Made by a program: the position numbers and the translations under genes. Shown here piece after piece: positions 12,521 through 26,218 of a stretch of DNA of 64,000 bases (positions within the stretch are counted from its first letter, which is position 1; each line of letters begins with the position of its first letter). Source of the DNA: Marsupella aquatica (lineage: Eukaryota; Plantae; Marchantiophyta); assembly GCA_973895155.1 (NCBI GenBank), contig OZ316893.1, forward strand, positions 22,031,717 to 22,095,716, written 5' to 3'. A model generated the notes under the pieces. That model worked only from the letters and a program-made list of their open reading frames with translations. It was not told the origin of the DNA and searched no databases.

Positions 12521-15079
12521 GGAGTCTCTATTATAATAAAAGAGATTGTATGTGTTCAGGTCATGTGTTCAGTTATGATTGGACCTGCTGACATTTCTGT
12601 TGTGTTTCCCACACTCAGTTGTGCACGAAGACAGTATATATTATAATGACAAATTAAAACCTACGCTTGGAGAGGAATAATCAGGCAAGGACCCAGCAAG
12701 GACCATGATAAGTGAATGCATGACCTTAAAGAGTTTGATATCTTGAGAAAATATATTACGGCCAGACTATCTTCTAAAGTATCTGACAAGCTTTACAATT
12801 ACTCTGTCATAATTATATACTAAATGCCGGAGCCATTCCTTGGGGGGTTTAATCTAGTGTATATATTGGGTACCATGTGCGATCCTAGCCAAATATAAAT
12901 ACTCATATTTTATAAAGAAAATATTCTAAGAACATTATTCATTTGAAAAATTAATTATCTATTTTACTTTATAAAAGATATGTATTCGAGAATATTTTAT
13001 AAATCTAATTTTTCTATAACTTCTTTTACCTCCCACATTTTAAAAAACATTTACCTAATTTCATCAAAAATACATAGTTTTGGATTGGACACTGCTCTCA
13101 CCATTTTTGGTACTAGTTGACCCCCCAATAGCCACCATTTTTGTGCTAGTATTTTTGCGCCGTCTCCTCTCCACCTCATAATGTGTGATGCTGACAACCT
13201 GCATTGTGTTCCGATAAATATAACCATATAGGGAAAACTTGTCTTTTCACTTAACTCATCAAGATTTTTAACAACCTCCGCAACTGCACTTTTGGACAGT
13301 GAAATTTTATCAATAAAAGTACTACTAGCTAAGAGAGACTGACTGATGAGGGTCCAGGGGGCTCTATCCACACTATTATCTTAGCTCTATCCCTGATTCT
13401 GCATTGTTGAGGGCGGAGCCAATTTTATGCCATGCAACCCACACGTACCTTTCCACACCATACCTAGGACCACACTTGAATCTCATCATCGTACCCCAAT
13501 CATGTAACACCCCTACCCTTGAGGTGTCACAATATTAGGGCAGGACTTACTTGATCTTATCACCATTCTCCGTGCTGCACCAGGCGTAGAGGGAGCTTGA
13601 ACACAACAAGAGTATTGTGTTCTAAAAACAGAGAATGTGGATTGCACTTATCAATCAGCACTAGCTTCAAGACCAAGAGCCAGGGTAATTGCTAAGGATT
13701 TCTAAAATTTGTCAGGGTGGCAAACATTATCTTGTGTCAAGGGGTTAGTGTTAGGAATATTTGTTAGTATTTATTTAAATTTTGTAGATTTATTTCTGAC
13801 AGTTAGATGTTGCTAGATCTAAGGAGACCTGTCAAATTTTGGCTAGTAGTCCGGCTTGGCTAGAAACTGGCTCATGAGACCCCAAAATAGGTGACAAATT
13901 TTCTTTAAAAGTGGCGATTCTATCACCCCATGTTGCATTGGATGCAACTGTGTTAGTTACATTGTTGTATGAGGTTATGGTTCAGATCCATTCATTGAGA
14001 TCACCAATCACGTGCCAAAGAACGGGTATACCTTGGAGAATGTTTAATCATTTCTCATTATTCCAAGTTGAGCCTTCACAAGGAAGTTTTGGTGCCCACC
14101 TAGGTAGGCAAACACTAAGCAACCAGGGAAAATACAAGATAGAAGATATTTTTGCCGAGTTTCATGTTGGTGTAACCTGGTACCTACCTGAAGGTAGGGA
14201 TATGCAAAAAACCAAAACAGGACTATTGTGGCGATTCCTAAAATACCTATGTATACAAAGTGGATAGCTGGTAGTTCATAGATTCACCACCATACCATGG
14301 ATGTCCAGAAATTCCCAAATGTGCAAGAATTGGGTTAATGTGGGACAATGGAAAACTCCAATGATAAGTTTGGAGTTAAATTTTCAAATAAATTAAGCCA
14401 ATTTCCTTCCGTTAGGTTACCAATAAGAATAGCACATTTGAATTCAAATAGCAAGCTCAATGGCACATTTTATATATATCAAAGGTCAAATCAAGGCCAA
14501 AACTAAATCCGCAACCAAGACTGCACCCGGGCTGCACAGGAGTCTGCAGGGCCATGAGCAGACAACCCATAACTCAACCTCCTACCAAGACGTACTCAGT
14601 CTGCAGAAGATCGAGTCGGATGCCATGAGCACAGAGGCCAAAACAGGTGTGTATTAGTAAAAAACATTGCTCAATTGAGTAGATTGATCGAACTCAATCT
14701 GGAGCCAAGCCAAATGTACCGGATGGACTCTCTAGATGTTGTCTACTACTGTAGCTACATAAAATTGCGTCAGATTGAGAGATAAATAGTCTTCAGTAAA
14801 AGTGGTGAATGGTTATTGTACTTAAGGTGAGTGTACGTACAGAATCGAAGTGCCCCTCAAAAGAATTAAATCTCCATCCAGACCTGCCTAAGCATTATAA
14901 CAGAAGCGATCTTCCTCACGTCCTGGAGTGTGCAAAAAACAAAAGTAGTCTGGTCACAATTGTTTGTTTACTGAATATAATTATGCAACAAAGGATTAAT
15001 ACAGAGTATTATGAACTACATGAGTCTAACTAACATAATAAACTACCTGATGTAACGAACTACTAAACTACCTGATCGG

Positions 15080-17075
15080 AACCTGCCTTTGGCTAAGCAC
15101 TAGAATAATCTTGCCAATGTCAAAGTGTCCATTGCAATGGAAAGTTTCCTCTACTCATTTTTAGGACTTCCATTCCTGTCACTAGTCTTCCTACGTTGAG
15201 AAAGGGAATCACAGCATTTTTGCTTAAGGTAGCTTCCCAGATTTCACACCCTTCTCTGACCCGCTTATTCACCCAACTCACATGGACATTGATGGAACTC
15301 TTTGTTCCATCATCCAGAGTTGCGTCAACAAAGCTTTCTTCTTCAGGTTCATCTTGGAGTGTATTTTCCATAGAGTCAACATCCATACTTCGGCAAGAGA
15401 TGGACCTCCTTCAGTCCGGCCCTGTGCTAGATCTTCAGCACTCCTTACAACCACAAGTCTCAGCCTTGAACCATGTACACTAACCTCCACCGCATCATGT
15501 ATTTTTGGGTGATTGAGTAGGGCATGTATGATATGTTTCTATATGTCAACGCTGACTCCTGTCTTGAAGTTCCAGGCATACAATCTCAGAGGAACCTCTT
15601 CCTGCTAGTTGACTAATGGGCATAAATTTATGCAATAAACGAGAAACTGGCTGAAAACTGGTATCACCATGATAGTGTTCAGCCATGGTTGCAAGCAATG
15701 GCAAACCTGAGAGCTTGTCAGTTATCATCTGATTATCAAGTGATCTTTGTATACTGAACTACTTGGCCTCAAAAAACAACTCCTGGTGTCCCAAAAATTC
15801 ATGGACAAATAAGTCTAATATGACTGCTCTCCAATTCCAACTGTATTCTGCACTGTCCTCGTCATCTGTCAATACTACCACATGGTCACCAATCCTGAAA
15901 AGAGTGTTCCTTACCCCTACAGATTTCAAAGGGATAACTTTAAAATCCATGACAATCCTAAACAAGGACATTGCCAGCCCTCGAAGAGCCCAATGCCATT
16001 TGACAAAATTGTTGCCATCCTCAAAAAGTAGACGCTTCTTCACCTTTGTTCTACCTACTCCTATTCCTCTAGAGAGAATGGAAATTGCACAGTGAGAATC
16101 GGCAGCAAATCTACTCATATTTTTAACTAGTGAAAGAGCCTGCTCTTGTGAGGAGACTACGACAATACATTTCTCATGCCGTTTTGGGTAGGTAAAGTCA
16201 CGTTTGTCCCTTGCTACATGCTCAATTGCTCTGGCTCCTGTTGGCCTCAAACGGTTGTGTGCTTCCAACAGTGTACGATGCTGTGGCAGAAATCCATCAT
16301 CATCATTCCAAATCATCATGCATGTTTTAGTAAAAAAATTGCCTGACGTGATGGGAGGTGAAAGTTAGCTCCATTTCCTTGTTGTTGGTGGCAGTCTGTC
16401 CATAACCAGAGACCATACTTTTGAACCTGTAGCACCAATACACCCAGTGTGGACCATGTTGTTCGATGTCATCCAACAACTCACCGCTACCTACAAGACA
16501 AATTACATCTCATTTGTAAGATGAGTGATCGAGCAAGGCTAAGCAGTCTGCAGTTGCCCTCGGGGGTTTCACTTCCACAAAAATGGCATATCACATGCGA
16601 CGAAGGATAGGGTCATTTTATTGGTTGTAAGGGAAGACTTAAGAATTTTTGTAGAAGACAATAGGGTCTTTTAAATTCAATTTTGAGAGTTATAAGAATA
16701 TTCCAAGAATATTCCAACTTTATAGGGGTTTAAAAATAATAATTTTTTCTTACATTTTAGGGGGTCCGAGGCCTAAAAACGTCGCAGGTGATGGGGAGGT
16801 CCCCATATAGTGAGACCCCTGAGCAGTTGCCTTGAAAAAATACCCTAAAAAACTCCATTGGAAAATATGTATGTGTAACAAACCTGCAACATGTTCGAGT
16901 ATAGAGGCATTAACTCCAAAATGCTCCTCACCCGCCATGAAGCCAACAGACTTCTTGCCTTCTCCAAAGTTGACTTCCTCCACCCCTCCTGCCTACTTTG
17001 AATGTAAAAGAGTCTTCCGATCTCAAATAACAGCATGCCAATTGAACCTAGAGGACTTTCAACTCCTAATCTCAA
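15080..17075 (-). pseudogene. CACTA/En-Spm-superfamily transposase, C-terminal part, with frameshifts and stops
   Basis: Joining frames across a GT-AG intron (~16492-16869) gives ARSLLASWRVR.EEHFGVNASILEHVAG-SGELLDDIEQHGPHWVYWCYRFKS...TNNKEMELTF. This resembles the En/Spm 'I..xGP....W.x.FER...TN...E' motif. It continues through ORFs 15759-16319, 15546-15728 and 15120-15386, broken by stops and frameshifts. Confidence 0.65.
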
Positions 17076-17549
17076 GCTATATAGTATGTGCGGTAGACAA
17101 AATATAACAAATCAAGTATATTCGGCACTAGTAATGTCTTGTTGAGTGAGGTTATGGCCAGTGTGGTGAGCATGGAGTGATGCTGGTTTGCATGTAAGTT
17201 AGGTAAGATTTTGCTTAGTATGTGTATAGATCCGGAGTCTTATGGCTAGCTACGGTTGGGTTTATTATTGCAACGGTGTTCATTTCACGCAAGATTATCA
17301 TGGGAAATTAGTGGAATTTTCATTTTAGATTAAAAAGAAAAATTGAGGTGGAATTTCGGCCACTCAAAAAATGTTGTCCAGAGCTTAATGACATAGGCTT
17401 ATAACCACTCAATATGTTTGCCTCAAGAGTGGGGGGTTGGGAGGAGAGGTGAGAGCATGACATGTAGCATGAGTGGCCTTAGTTGAGGGGGTGCTACAGG
17501 GAGATGGCTCAAGGCTTATCATAAAGACACAAGCCCTATGCACAAAAGA

Positions 17550-18170
17550 TTTTGAGGTGAGGGCAAAATGTCGAGGTGACGGAAAGATGCCAAGGTGAGG
17601 GCAAGATCTCGGGCAAGATGTGGAGAGAGGAAAAGATATTGAGGTGATGGCAAGATGTCGAGGAGAAGGAAAGATGTCAAGGCAAGAGAAAGATGTTGAG
17701 GTGAGGGAAATATGTCAAGGTGAGAAAAATGTAAAAGAGAGAAAAAGATGTCAAAGTGAGGAAAATATATCAAAGGTGAGAAAATATGCGAAGGAGAGAA
17801 AAATATTGAGGTGAGAAAATGAAATTGAGTGAGAAAAGAATGTTGATGCGAAGAGAAGATGTCAAGAAGAGAAAAGATATCGAGGAAAAATATGTTGAAG
17901 TCAGAATAAATGTCGAGGTGAGAAAAAGACATCGAGGTGAGAAAAGATGTGGAGACCATGAGAAAAGATGTCGAGGTGAGAAAACAATGTTGAGGAGAGA
18001 AAAAACATTCAAGGAGAGAAGAATGTAGGGAAGAGAAAAGATGTCAATGTGAGAAAGCAATGTCAAGGAGAGAAAAAGATGTCAAAGAGGAAAAAGATGT
18101 CTATGTGAGAAAAATAGGTCAAAGCAAGAAAAATGTGAAGGCAAGACAAAAATGAAGGCAAGGCAAAGCA
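17550..18170 (+). repeat. Purine-rich degenerate minisatellite (~18-20-bp unit GAGGTGAGAAAAAGATGTC)
   Basis: Many degenerate copies of gaggtgag/gaggagag...aagatgtc in tandem. Confidence 0.85.
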
Positions 18171-19928
18171 TGTCCCAAGGAGTTGTCGGGAGGGCAAGGG
18201 TGTGGGAGGGTGGGGGCACCGCAAGACAGCCAGAGGCAGTGATTTAGGGCTTGGAGTACCCTAAACCCAGTGCCATAATTATGGACGGAGGGAATATTAT
18301 TTCATTTTTTCTCCTCCTTTTTTGTTTTCTCCTCCACTCTTGCACCCTCCCTCTCTCTCCTTCCAGCCTCCCTCCCTGACTATTCAACTCCCTCCCTCCC
18401 CCCTCCAACACGATTAAAATATAAGAAAAAAACTGGGAGGAAAACACAAAATGATCTGAAAGAAAAATGAAAATTTCTCTTATCTAGCAAAATGCCAAAA
18501 AAAACTCTTAAACCAATGTGCCTTCCTCAGAGCAAGTATATCCATGGGTATTAATCCACTTCCATTGGGTATCCCCCTTTCACTTAAGCTGAGGGCATTA
18601 AAATAAATGGAATATATTTGAAGGTATTAGTTGTTCCCTCATTTTTCACTTTTTTAAAATAGACTGCACAAAAGCTTTTAGGCAGGATAGCTTTCTATAG
18701 TGTTTGATAACTCAACACCCATGTGTTGGGAAGAAAATGTCCTTGTCTAAAACATGTTGATGCGCAAAATATGTCATTGTGCAATTACTATCAATGCAGT
18801 CAATGTTGTTGTTATGAAAGTGATGTCGTTGGGGAAGGCGAGGATGCAAGGCTGGTAAGAACATCCAAGGCATTGTGAGATTCAAGTTGGGATGCTTCAT
18901 GCTATATGGAGGGAGAACATATATCTTACCTTTTTTTGTCTCCCTATTCTCTTCATGCTCTCCCTTTTTTTCTCCCTTCTCTCCCTTCCTTTCTCCCTTC
19001 TCTCCCTTCCTCCATCTCTCCACGTTTTCCTTCCCTCCAAGACCATTAAAAATGAGAAATTTTTGGGAAGAAAAGATAACCATCAGCCCCTTCTCAAGAA
19101 AAAAGAGCCAAGAAAACCTTTCTATGTTATCACTTCCCCTTTTTTGGCTCCATGCCAAAAACCTCAAACTCTGGTCAATTAATTTGTATGCCTTAACTTA
19201 TTCTCCTTTAATGCTCCATGCCAAAAAACACTTTATGTGTATACTATGTATCCTTGCACATGTACTATAACCTGTATCAAACATGTATTATAACAACAAT
19301 AAAAGGTACCCATTATGTACAAAGTGGGAGCCAAGGTTGTGGGCAGAATAATGCATGCAAGGGCATGACCTAGGCTAGGGAAGCCTAAGAGTGGTGGACA
19401 GGGCAGGGGCATGCGTCAGGGACTGAAGCAATGAGCTTTAATCACTTGGCCCGATGCCCTATGCAAGGCTTGTAAAGGGCTTAGGTGGGGGTTTGAGGCA
19501 TATCCAAGGGATCTAAAAAATTGCAAAAACATCTAAGGGCCATGGTTGGTTCCCGCCCACCCTGCATTTCATAAACGGACGATGACCACAAAAAGCGCGG
19601 CATCGTGTATTATAGTGTTTGATTGTAAATAATTGTCATCTTTAAGGTCATGTGTACACGTATTATGGTCCTTGCCCTTTTACTCTTCTCCACGTACATA
19701 TAGGTTTTAACCCTGCAACTTGCTCTCTCCCATTTTTTTCTGGTCAGCCTTTCTAAGAAATCTATGTCCTCAACCTAGACCAAAAATCCAACTTTTGGGC
19801 CAACTTAATTAAGTCACAGGGTTTCAGGTTTGAGATAGGTTCAACACGCTCCCACGGGTCATCTGGGCACAAATGGTTCTTGAAGGGCACTGACGGGGGC
19901 ACTGATGCATATTGCGCAAAGCAACTTT

Positions 19929-20167
19929 CAGTGTGGATGGCAGTGCGCCGACCACCTGAGTTACTGATGGTCACCTTTTGCGGGAACCTCATATTTTTGG
20001 TCCGTGACCTGGCCTGCAACATTTTGCTCACATGAAATCTCCAGGAATGAGCTGGTTTGAGATGCCCTACTAGCAAGGACCAGGTCAATGTAGCGTTCAA
20101 GGAAACAATAAAAAATTACTTGCACGAGTCAGTAACTCGGGTGGTCAGCGCACCGCCATCCACACTG
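19929..20167. repeat. 39-bp inverted repeat with 161-bp loop (hairpin)
   Basis: CAGTGTGGATGGCAGTGCGCCGACCACCTGAGTTACTGA (19929-19967) pairs with 20129-20167, 3 mismatches; no TSD found. Confidence 0.8.
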
Positions 20168-21929
20168 GTGCAGCTCACGAGACACAATGCTCGAGCAACA
20201 CGGCCATCCATCCCACTAGCAATTCCGCACAAAGGAGTCAGCTAATGGGACAGAACTGATTGCACTACCGGACAGCATGGGAGGGGATGAACCTCAGATG
20301 GGATCCACATTTTTGCACTTATGTTAAGTAGCTCAGTACGGGTTTAGTACTTTTGCAGGTGCTAGTGACTTTCCTGGTTTTTTGCTCTTTTCCCTTCAGA
20401 ATGCAGCCCTTCAGAATGTGAAACTTTTGCCAAAATCAGGATCTGCTGTAACACCTCTATCCTACCCTCTGATAAGTGTTGCGCGGTGCGCCAACGAACC
20501 CATGTTCCTGCTCTGTCATTACATGCTGCATAGTATACAGGGAACCATGCAGGGAATTGAGGCAGTCCAAATTTACTACCTGCTTGTGGTTGTCTTAGTT
20601 AAATATCAAAGGTAGGGATGTGAAAGGCTGGCAAGTTTCCATGCCTTACCGAGTGCCTTACACTTTGAAATTGTAGATTAGTGTTGTTTTGTTCACTAGG
20701 GGCCGCCACCAGTTATGTAAAGGACCATGTTTTTCAAGACTGTATACATGCAAGACGGCCCTTAGTCCTCCTGGTTTTTCCTTTTCTTCTCCCCTCAATG
20801 GGGTCTGTGCCTTTGGGATCCTGTCCCCAGGTTTGGAGCTTTATGTCCTTTGGCAGTGTCAAATAGCTGAGTATGATGTTGCTTTGATACCAATCAAGTT
20901 TAGAGGCATGAAAATTTAGCACAACTATAGAAACAGACTTCACAGATCTTGCGCTAGTGGGCTCTCATCTCCACTTAGTTGTCCGGGTGCAGCTGCAGAA
21001 AAGCTAGACAAGGCCTCAGTTGCATTACTAAGATGCCAACCTATTGACTGGGAACAACCCTAAGTTTGTGGGCAATTCACATTACTCCTGAAGCATATAA
21101 GAAGACAGTTTATGCTTCGGGTAATTCAACCATTATCTAGTCAAGAGTTTCCAACTTTTAAAATTGACTCTTTGAATGAATGCTGAAGGAAAGCCAATGA
21201 TGTGACACGGAAAAAGAGCCCAGAGTGAATGAATAGGATAATATCCTGGTTAGAGTGCATTATAAATGTCAAAATGAGGGCAGTAGCCCAAGTTTTGAGG
21301 GGCATTATTCTCATAATGCTTGTAATTAGGACATGAAGGTAAACTTGAGTGATTTTTCACAAACAGACAAGAAAAAAGTGGATTTTTGAAATAAAAAGAT
21401 AAAGTTAAAAGGTCATGCAAGAAGTAGGTGCTATGCAATTGGCCAAAAACATGAAAGAAGTTAAAAGTCAATCTGTGATCTTTGATGCAATTTATTATAT
21501 AATTTTATATGGTGAAACAATATTTGGGTTTTACATTTATGGTGTTTTTGCATAATCTCCTCCTCAAAAGAGGGGAGGGCTACATGGAAAATTCGGGGGA
21601 AAATTATTACACTCAAAAATACAAAGGAAAAATCACAAAAGTCTTTACACTCTTAGGAATCATTCATGCCTGTTTTTGGATTTCATAAACAGACCGCACA
21701 TACACATGCCTGATCATTCCTGCCTGTTTTGGAGTTATTAAACAGACCACACATACAAATGTTGTTGTGCAGGCTCCCTTATTATAAAGGTTTGATACCA
21801 TGCTTTTTGAAGCTAGTGTGGTACAGCAAGCATATAATTATATGCTCTGAGCAGTTAATTGACTCAAGGATGGTTTTATGAAGTATGTTTTAAGTTTGTT
21901 TTATTATTTTTGTTGAAAAGGAAGCTTTA

Positions 21930-22450
21930 TAGCATGCAAGGGGGCAGCACCGCCAAGCACAAGAAAAGCCCATCCAGAGGGCGAAAGCAAAAGAGCCACC
22001 CTCACACAACCAGAAACCAATCAGGCCAAAAGATCATATGAAGCCACCTGGTCAAGCTGTCCACGAGAGGCCAGTGCTTGACCAGGGCAGTCGTATTCCT
22101 AAATCTCTTCCTCTTGTAAATGCTATTTTCTTCAATCCACATTTCCTTTTTCCTATAGAGTTCGCCCTCCAAACAGGACTCTACACAGAAAAGGTTGCCA
22201 GAGTCCCCAGTGCTAATTGACAAACATCCGGGTTAAGCTTAGCATTAGTCTCGCCTCGGTCGATCCACCACTGCTTTTGAGAGCATTGAGAAAAATGGAG
22301 GCACAGACTGGGCTTACCCTTAGTAAACTTCAAGACTTCCCTCTTGTCATTCATTCTCATTGTCTTCAGTCATTGGTATGTCAATGTTGGCCCAGGGGTG
22401 TAGGACTAACCTCCAGTTCAGCAACATTACGTTTCAGACTCCTGGTTTTA
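21930..22450 (-). mobile_element. Probable LINE 3' remnant
   Basis: Minus-strand peptide KEMWIEENS..KRKRF resembles the W.ERN..F motif at the end of plant L1 ORF2; heavily degenerate. Confidence 0.3.
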
Positions 22451-25400
22451 TGATGCGTTAAGAAAGATCTAATGTATAGTTGACAAATATATATTAAAGG
22501 ACTGCTTTCCAAAAAAAGGACTGCTTTCAGAAACTGCTTGACTGTAGGGCTATTAAATAGTACTCTGGAAGATTATCTATAATTCTCATATCAATGATGA
22601 TCAATATCTGCAATTGCATGTTACTAAAGGCTATTCAATACATCAGATATGATCATGTGCTATGTAATTATCTGATATGCATAAATATGCGTTGTTGGAT
22701 GGATTATGCTTATATTCTGATAAGCTTATGGTGTATAAGTAGTATGTTGTGGGGTGATGTAAAAACAACATGTGTATAGGGTCTCGTTCAATGTTTTCTG
22801 AGTCACTCTGCTGTAACCTTTTTCAGGCTGTGTCTGGAAATTTTCCAGCCCATCATTCCTAAGCCTGAATACTCTGGTTGAAAGTAAATAAAGATGAGAC
22901 AAGAAAAGATCTTGCGAAAATTCATTATTATTTCCCGTTCATTTTTGCCCCATCCTTGTTTTCTCTATGCATTTTCAGTTATCCCTTTAGAGTCAAGGTC
23001 TGGAGGTTTCACTCTAGAGAGTAGCTCTGAGCCGTAAGATTTTGATTAGGCTTTACTACGGTAGTAAGATGTCAAACTTTTGCATGGGTTATTTTTGGTA
23101 CAAACCTGATTACTACTTTGGATTTGAGCTTTGAAACATGTTATTACTCGGTGCAGAGAAACCACCCACTGGCCCATTGGGCACGTGAACTATGTGGAGC
23201 AGGAGGGAGGAGGCGCACACAATTGTGCAAACCAATGATGGCAAAGGCTTGCATGACAAAACTTCTTTGCCTGGTCGTTGGGCGTTGTTGCTCGTTGGGG
23301 GGACCCTCGATGCTGCTTCCGAGTCCACAAACTCGGCATCATTCTGTCTCTTCAGACTTTGGGGAAAAAGGGAAGCAACCAGCCTTTTTTTTAATTGGCA
23401 AAAAATAAGTATATTCCATCTCTCTGAAAAGTTTGTGCCACTTTTGGCAAAACGTGGCAAAACTTAACTAGGTTTTTTGTCTTCCATTAGCCAACTCCCA
23501 CCTAGCCACAACCCATTAGCTAGAAGCTGATGGTGATCCACAAATCTAGGGTGATCTTAAGGTCAGAAATGAATGTGTTCACCAACTGGCCAAACAAAAA
23601 CCCCTTAAAAATTAAATTGAGGGCAGCCCTTCCTGGTTGGTTTAGAGGGTTCCCGTTTCCCCACCATGTGTTACTGTATGTCGTTAACTGACCAAATTTT
23701 GGGCCAATGTTGCCCGTCATTGAGATCGTTGAGGGAAAAGAGAGTAACCGTATGGGGTTGATAGGCTCCGGGGTTTTGGGGATACTTCCTAATTTTTAAT
23801 TTTACGTTATGATTGTCATTGTGTGATACCGTCCAAAACCTTATATTAAAGTAGTGGTATAATCTGCTCAAGTTTATCTTAAGCAAGAATGTCTGTTCCC
23901 CTTCATCTTCAGAGTAGAGTTATTCAACGTGTCTTTGCAAAAGATGTAAGGTGGCACAAGTTGCTTCCAACCCTCGGTATGATACTCTGGGTTCCTTTGA
24001 TATTTAAATCCACACCACCGGAACTTCCAACATGTTAGTAAATCAATACTCTTACAACCAACTTGCATATGAGCAGTCTCTTCACAATGTGGCTTTTAAC
24101 AGAGCAAAAGTTTAGGAAAAAGGAAGATTGAGTACATGTGTCATGTGTGCATCTGAGTTAGTGACTCATCTTTGCTGTTGGGTACCTCCCTTTAGGAGCA
24201 TTGTGAATGAGATTTGTTTGTTGTATTCCCCATGCAAAGGTCAGTACCTGAAGGGCCGGAAGGTTTGCGGCCTTTGCCCTTGGGTTTCTAAAATAGAATA
24301 TGATAGAAACTATTGTACTACTGTCAATATACCATAGAGTGATTTTGGGTTTGCAAATATTGGCCAAAAGCCTACAGGACATCCTCCATACCCTGATGCC
24401 CTGGTTCTTTTGTCGGTTGATTTTCAGGACGACTCTTGTTGTGCTCATTGCTGGCATGTTACTCTTTTGTGGGTTGCTTCCTTTGTTGTATTGTAATTTG
24501 CTCCTGCAATGTGAGTAATTATTACGTTCAAAACAAGCCTAGTTGCGCAGCTTGCTTAGGCCAATTAGTTTTTAAACCAAACCTCCCTTGCAAGCTCTCC
24601 CACTCACTTACAGTCATAGTATCCTCATACCCTAGTTTGTGTGGTGATTTCCATATAACTTTGAACTATTTCAGATGCGTTTGCGTGAATTGTGAATCTC
24701 AATGAGCCCTATGTTTTGAGTTGTAGGTTGCCCCCTATGGTGAATTAGTGACATGACCATGATACTGAAATCCCTAAACATGATGTACTCTTTCGTATGC
24801 ATAACTATGATACATGTGAAAAACGCTGGGTGCCCCAAGTGATGAATTAAAACTAATAAAATAGAGAAACAAACAAAAAATGCTACCATTAAAAACCCTA
24901 CATTTTTTACAAACTGCCAAGATAGACCAGCACAACCCAGATAGACTAGAACGACAGCTGTTTTTAATTCCTTTGTAAAAGAATTCTCTTTTATGGTGAA
25001 CAGGAACCTGGTCCATCTTGGGTAGTAGGGTTCATGGGACCCTATATCTGGTCCATCCAAGCATTCCTTTCAATCAAAAGAAATTGCAGAAAAAAATCAT
25101 ATACTACGGTGATCTAAATAGGTAAATCATACAAGTAAATATATAATACCATATGATTAGCGGTAGGTATTTGACAACGTTCGAATCGACGACTGTAGAC
25201 CCAGCTCAGTGTCCGTTTAGTGTCCCCAAAATCCTGGTCCCAGCGATCAGCCTCCCCAAGGTCGGGCGGTCTCCTCCAGCGCACACTGTCTACTATCTTC
25301 CAGTTCTCCGAAGTAACTAATAGTCTTCGTGGCCCCGCCGGATCCAGCACGATAAGGCGGAACGATAGCTGCGCTGGTATTGGCTCGGAGCTCTGCCAGA

Positions 25401-26111
25401 ATACCGCGAGCTGATCTCATTGGGCGAAGCTTATCCACTGTCTTTTGACTATTTCACTTTTCGCGCTACACGACGCATTTGGTTCTGAGGGACCGGTCCG
25501 TCGCAGATTGATGCCCATCGGTTCTTTACCATGCATGCATGAGAGCATCTTTTGAAAGAGCATGCATCTCTAGAGTTTTTTTTCACCGCATGGGAAACGA
25601 AAAGGGGCCAGACGGGTCCACGGACGGTTGTCCTTGGCCCCAGGGCAGACGTGGAATTGTGCTGTGGACTAACAATGTTGCTTAGAGTCCAAATTTGGCC
25701 TAAAGTTCACACAAGTACACAAAGATGTCTTGCTGGTTATTAATTAACACTAGGGCAATAACCGACCTATGTCATTAAACTAGGCTCCACTAATATGTAG
25801 AGTTCACGCAGTTATAACAATGGGTTCCAGAAGCTATTGCTCAAATAGCCAAATAAAACACAGGAGTTCTCCGTGAATATTGCTCAATAAAGCACACGGT
25901 ATTGACTAGTTTTGTTAGCTATATCTACAATCTACTGTTGGAACATCTAATCCCATAGGTTTTGTGTTCTTGTTTTGGTGCCCCGGACAGGGAGGTGGGT
26001 GCCCCTGATATGTTTTAGGCCATGTATCAGTATAATATTGGGAAATTTAGGCTGAGAAATCTTTTTGATGGGGAAATTATTGACATGGTTGCCTGCGTAA
26101 CGTCCAGATAC

Positions 26112-26218
26112 AAGTAAAAATAGCTCATGGCTGAGAATAGCTAACCAAATCACCACTGTTAGCTAGTCTGGAAACCAGTAAAATAGCTCATGGCTGAGAA
26201 TAGGTAACCAAATCACCA
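26112..26218 (+). repeat. Direct duplication of ~42 bp
   Basis: AGTAAAA(A)TAGCTCATGGCTGAGAATAG.TAACCAAATCACCA occurs twice. Confidence 0.85.

Noticed and set aside
13051-13371. 106-aa minus-strand ORF
   Set aside because: It has a non-ATG start and no recognisable motif; possibly TE debris, but this cannot be supported.
17519-18066. Lys/Glu/Arg-rich and Phe/Ser/Leu-rich ORFs
   Set aside because: These are translations of the minisatellite.
25114-25440. GC-rich patch with ORFs on both strands
   Set aside because: No recognisable domain or consistent splice structure; left unassigned.
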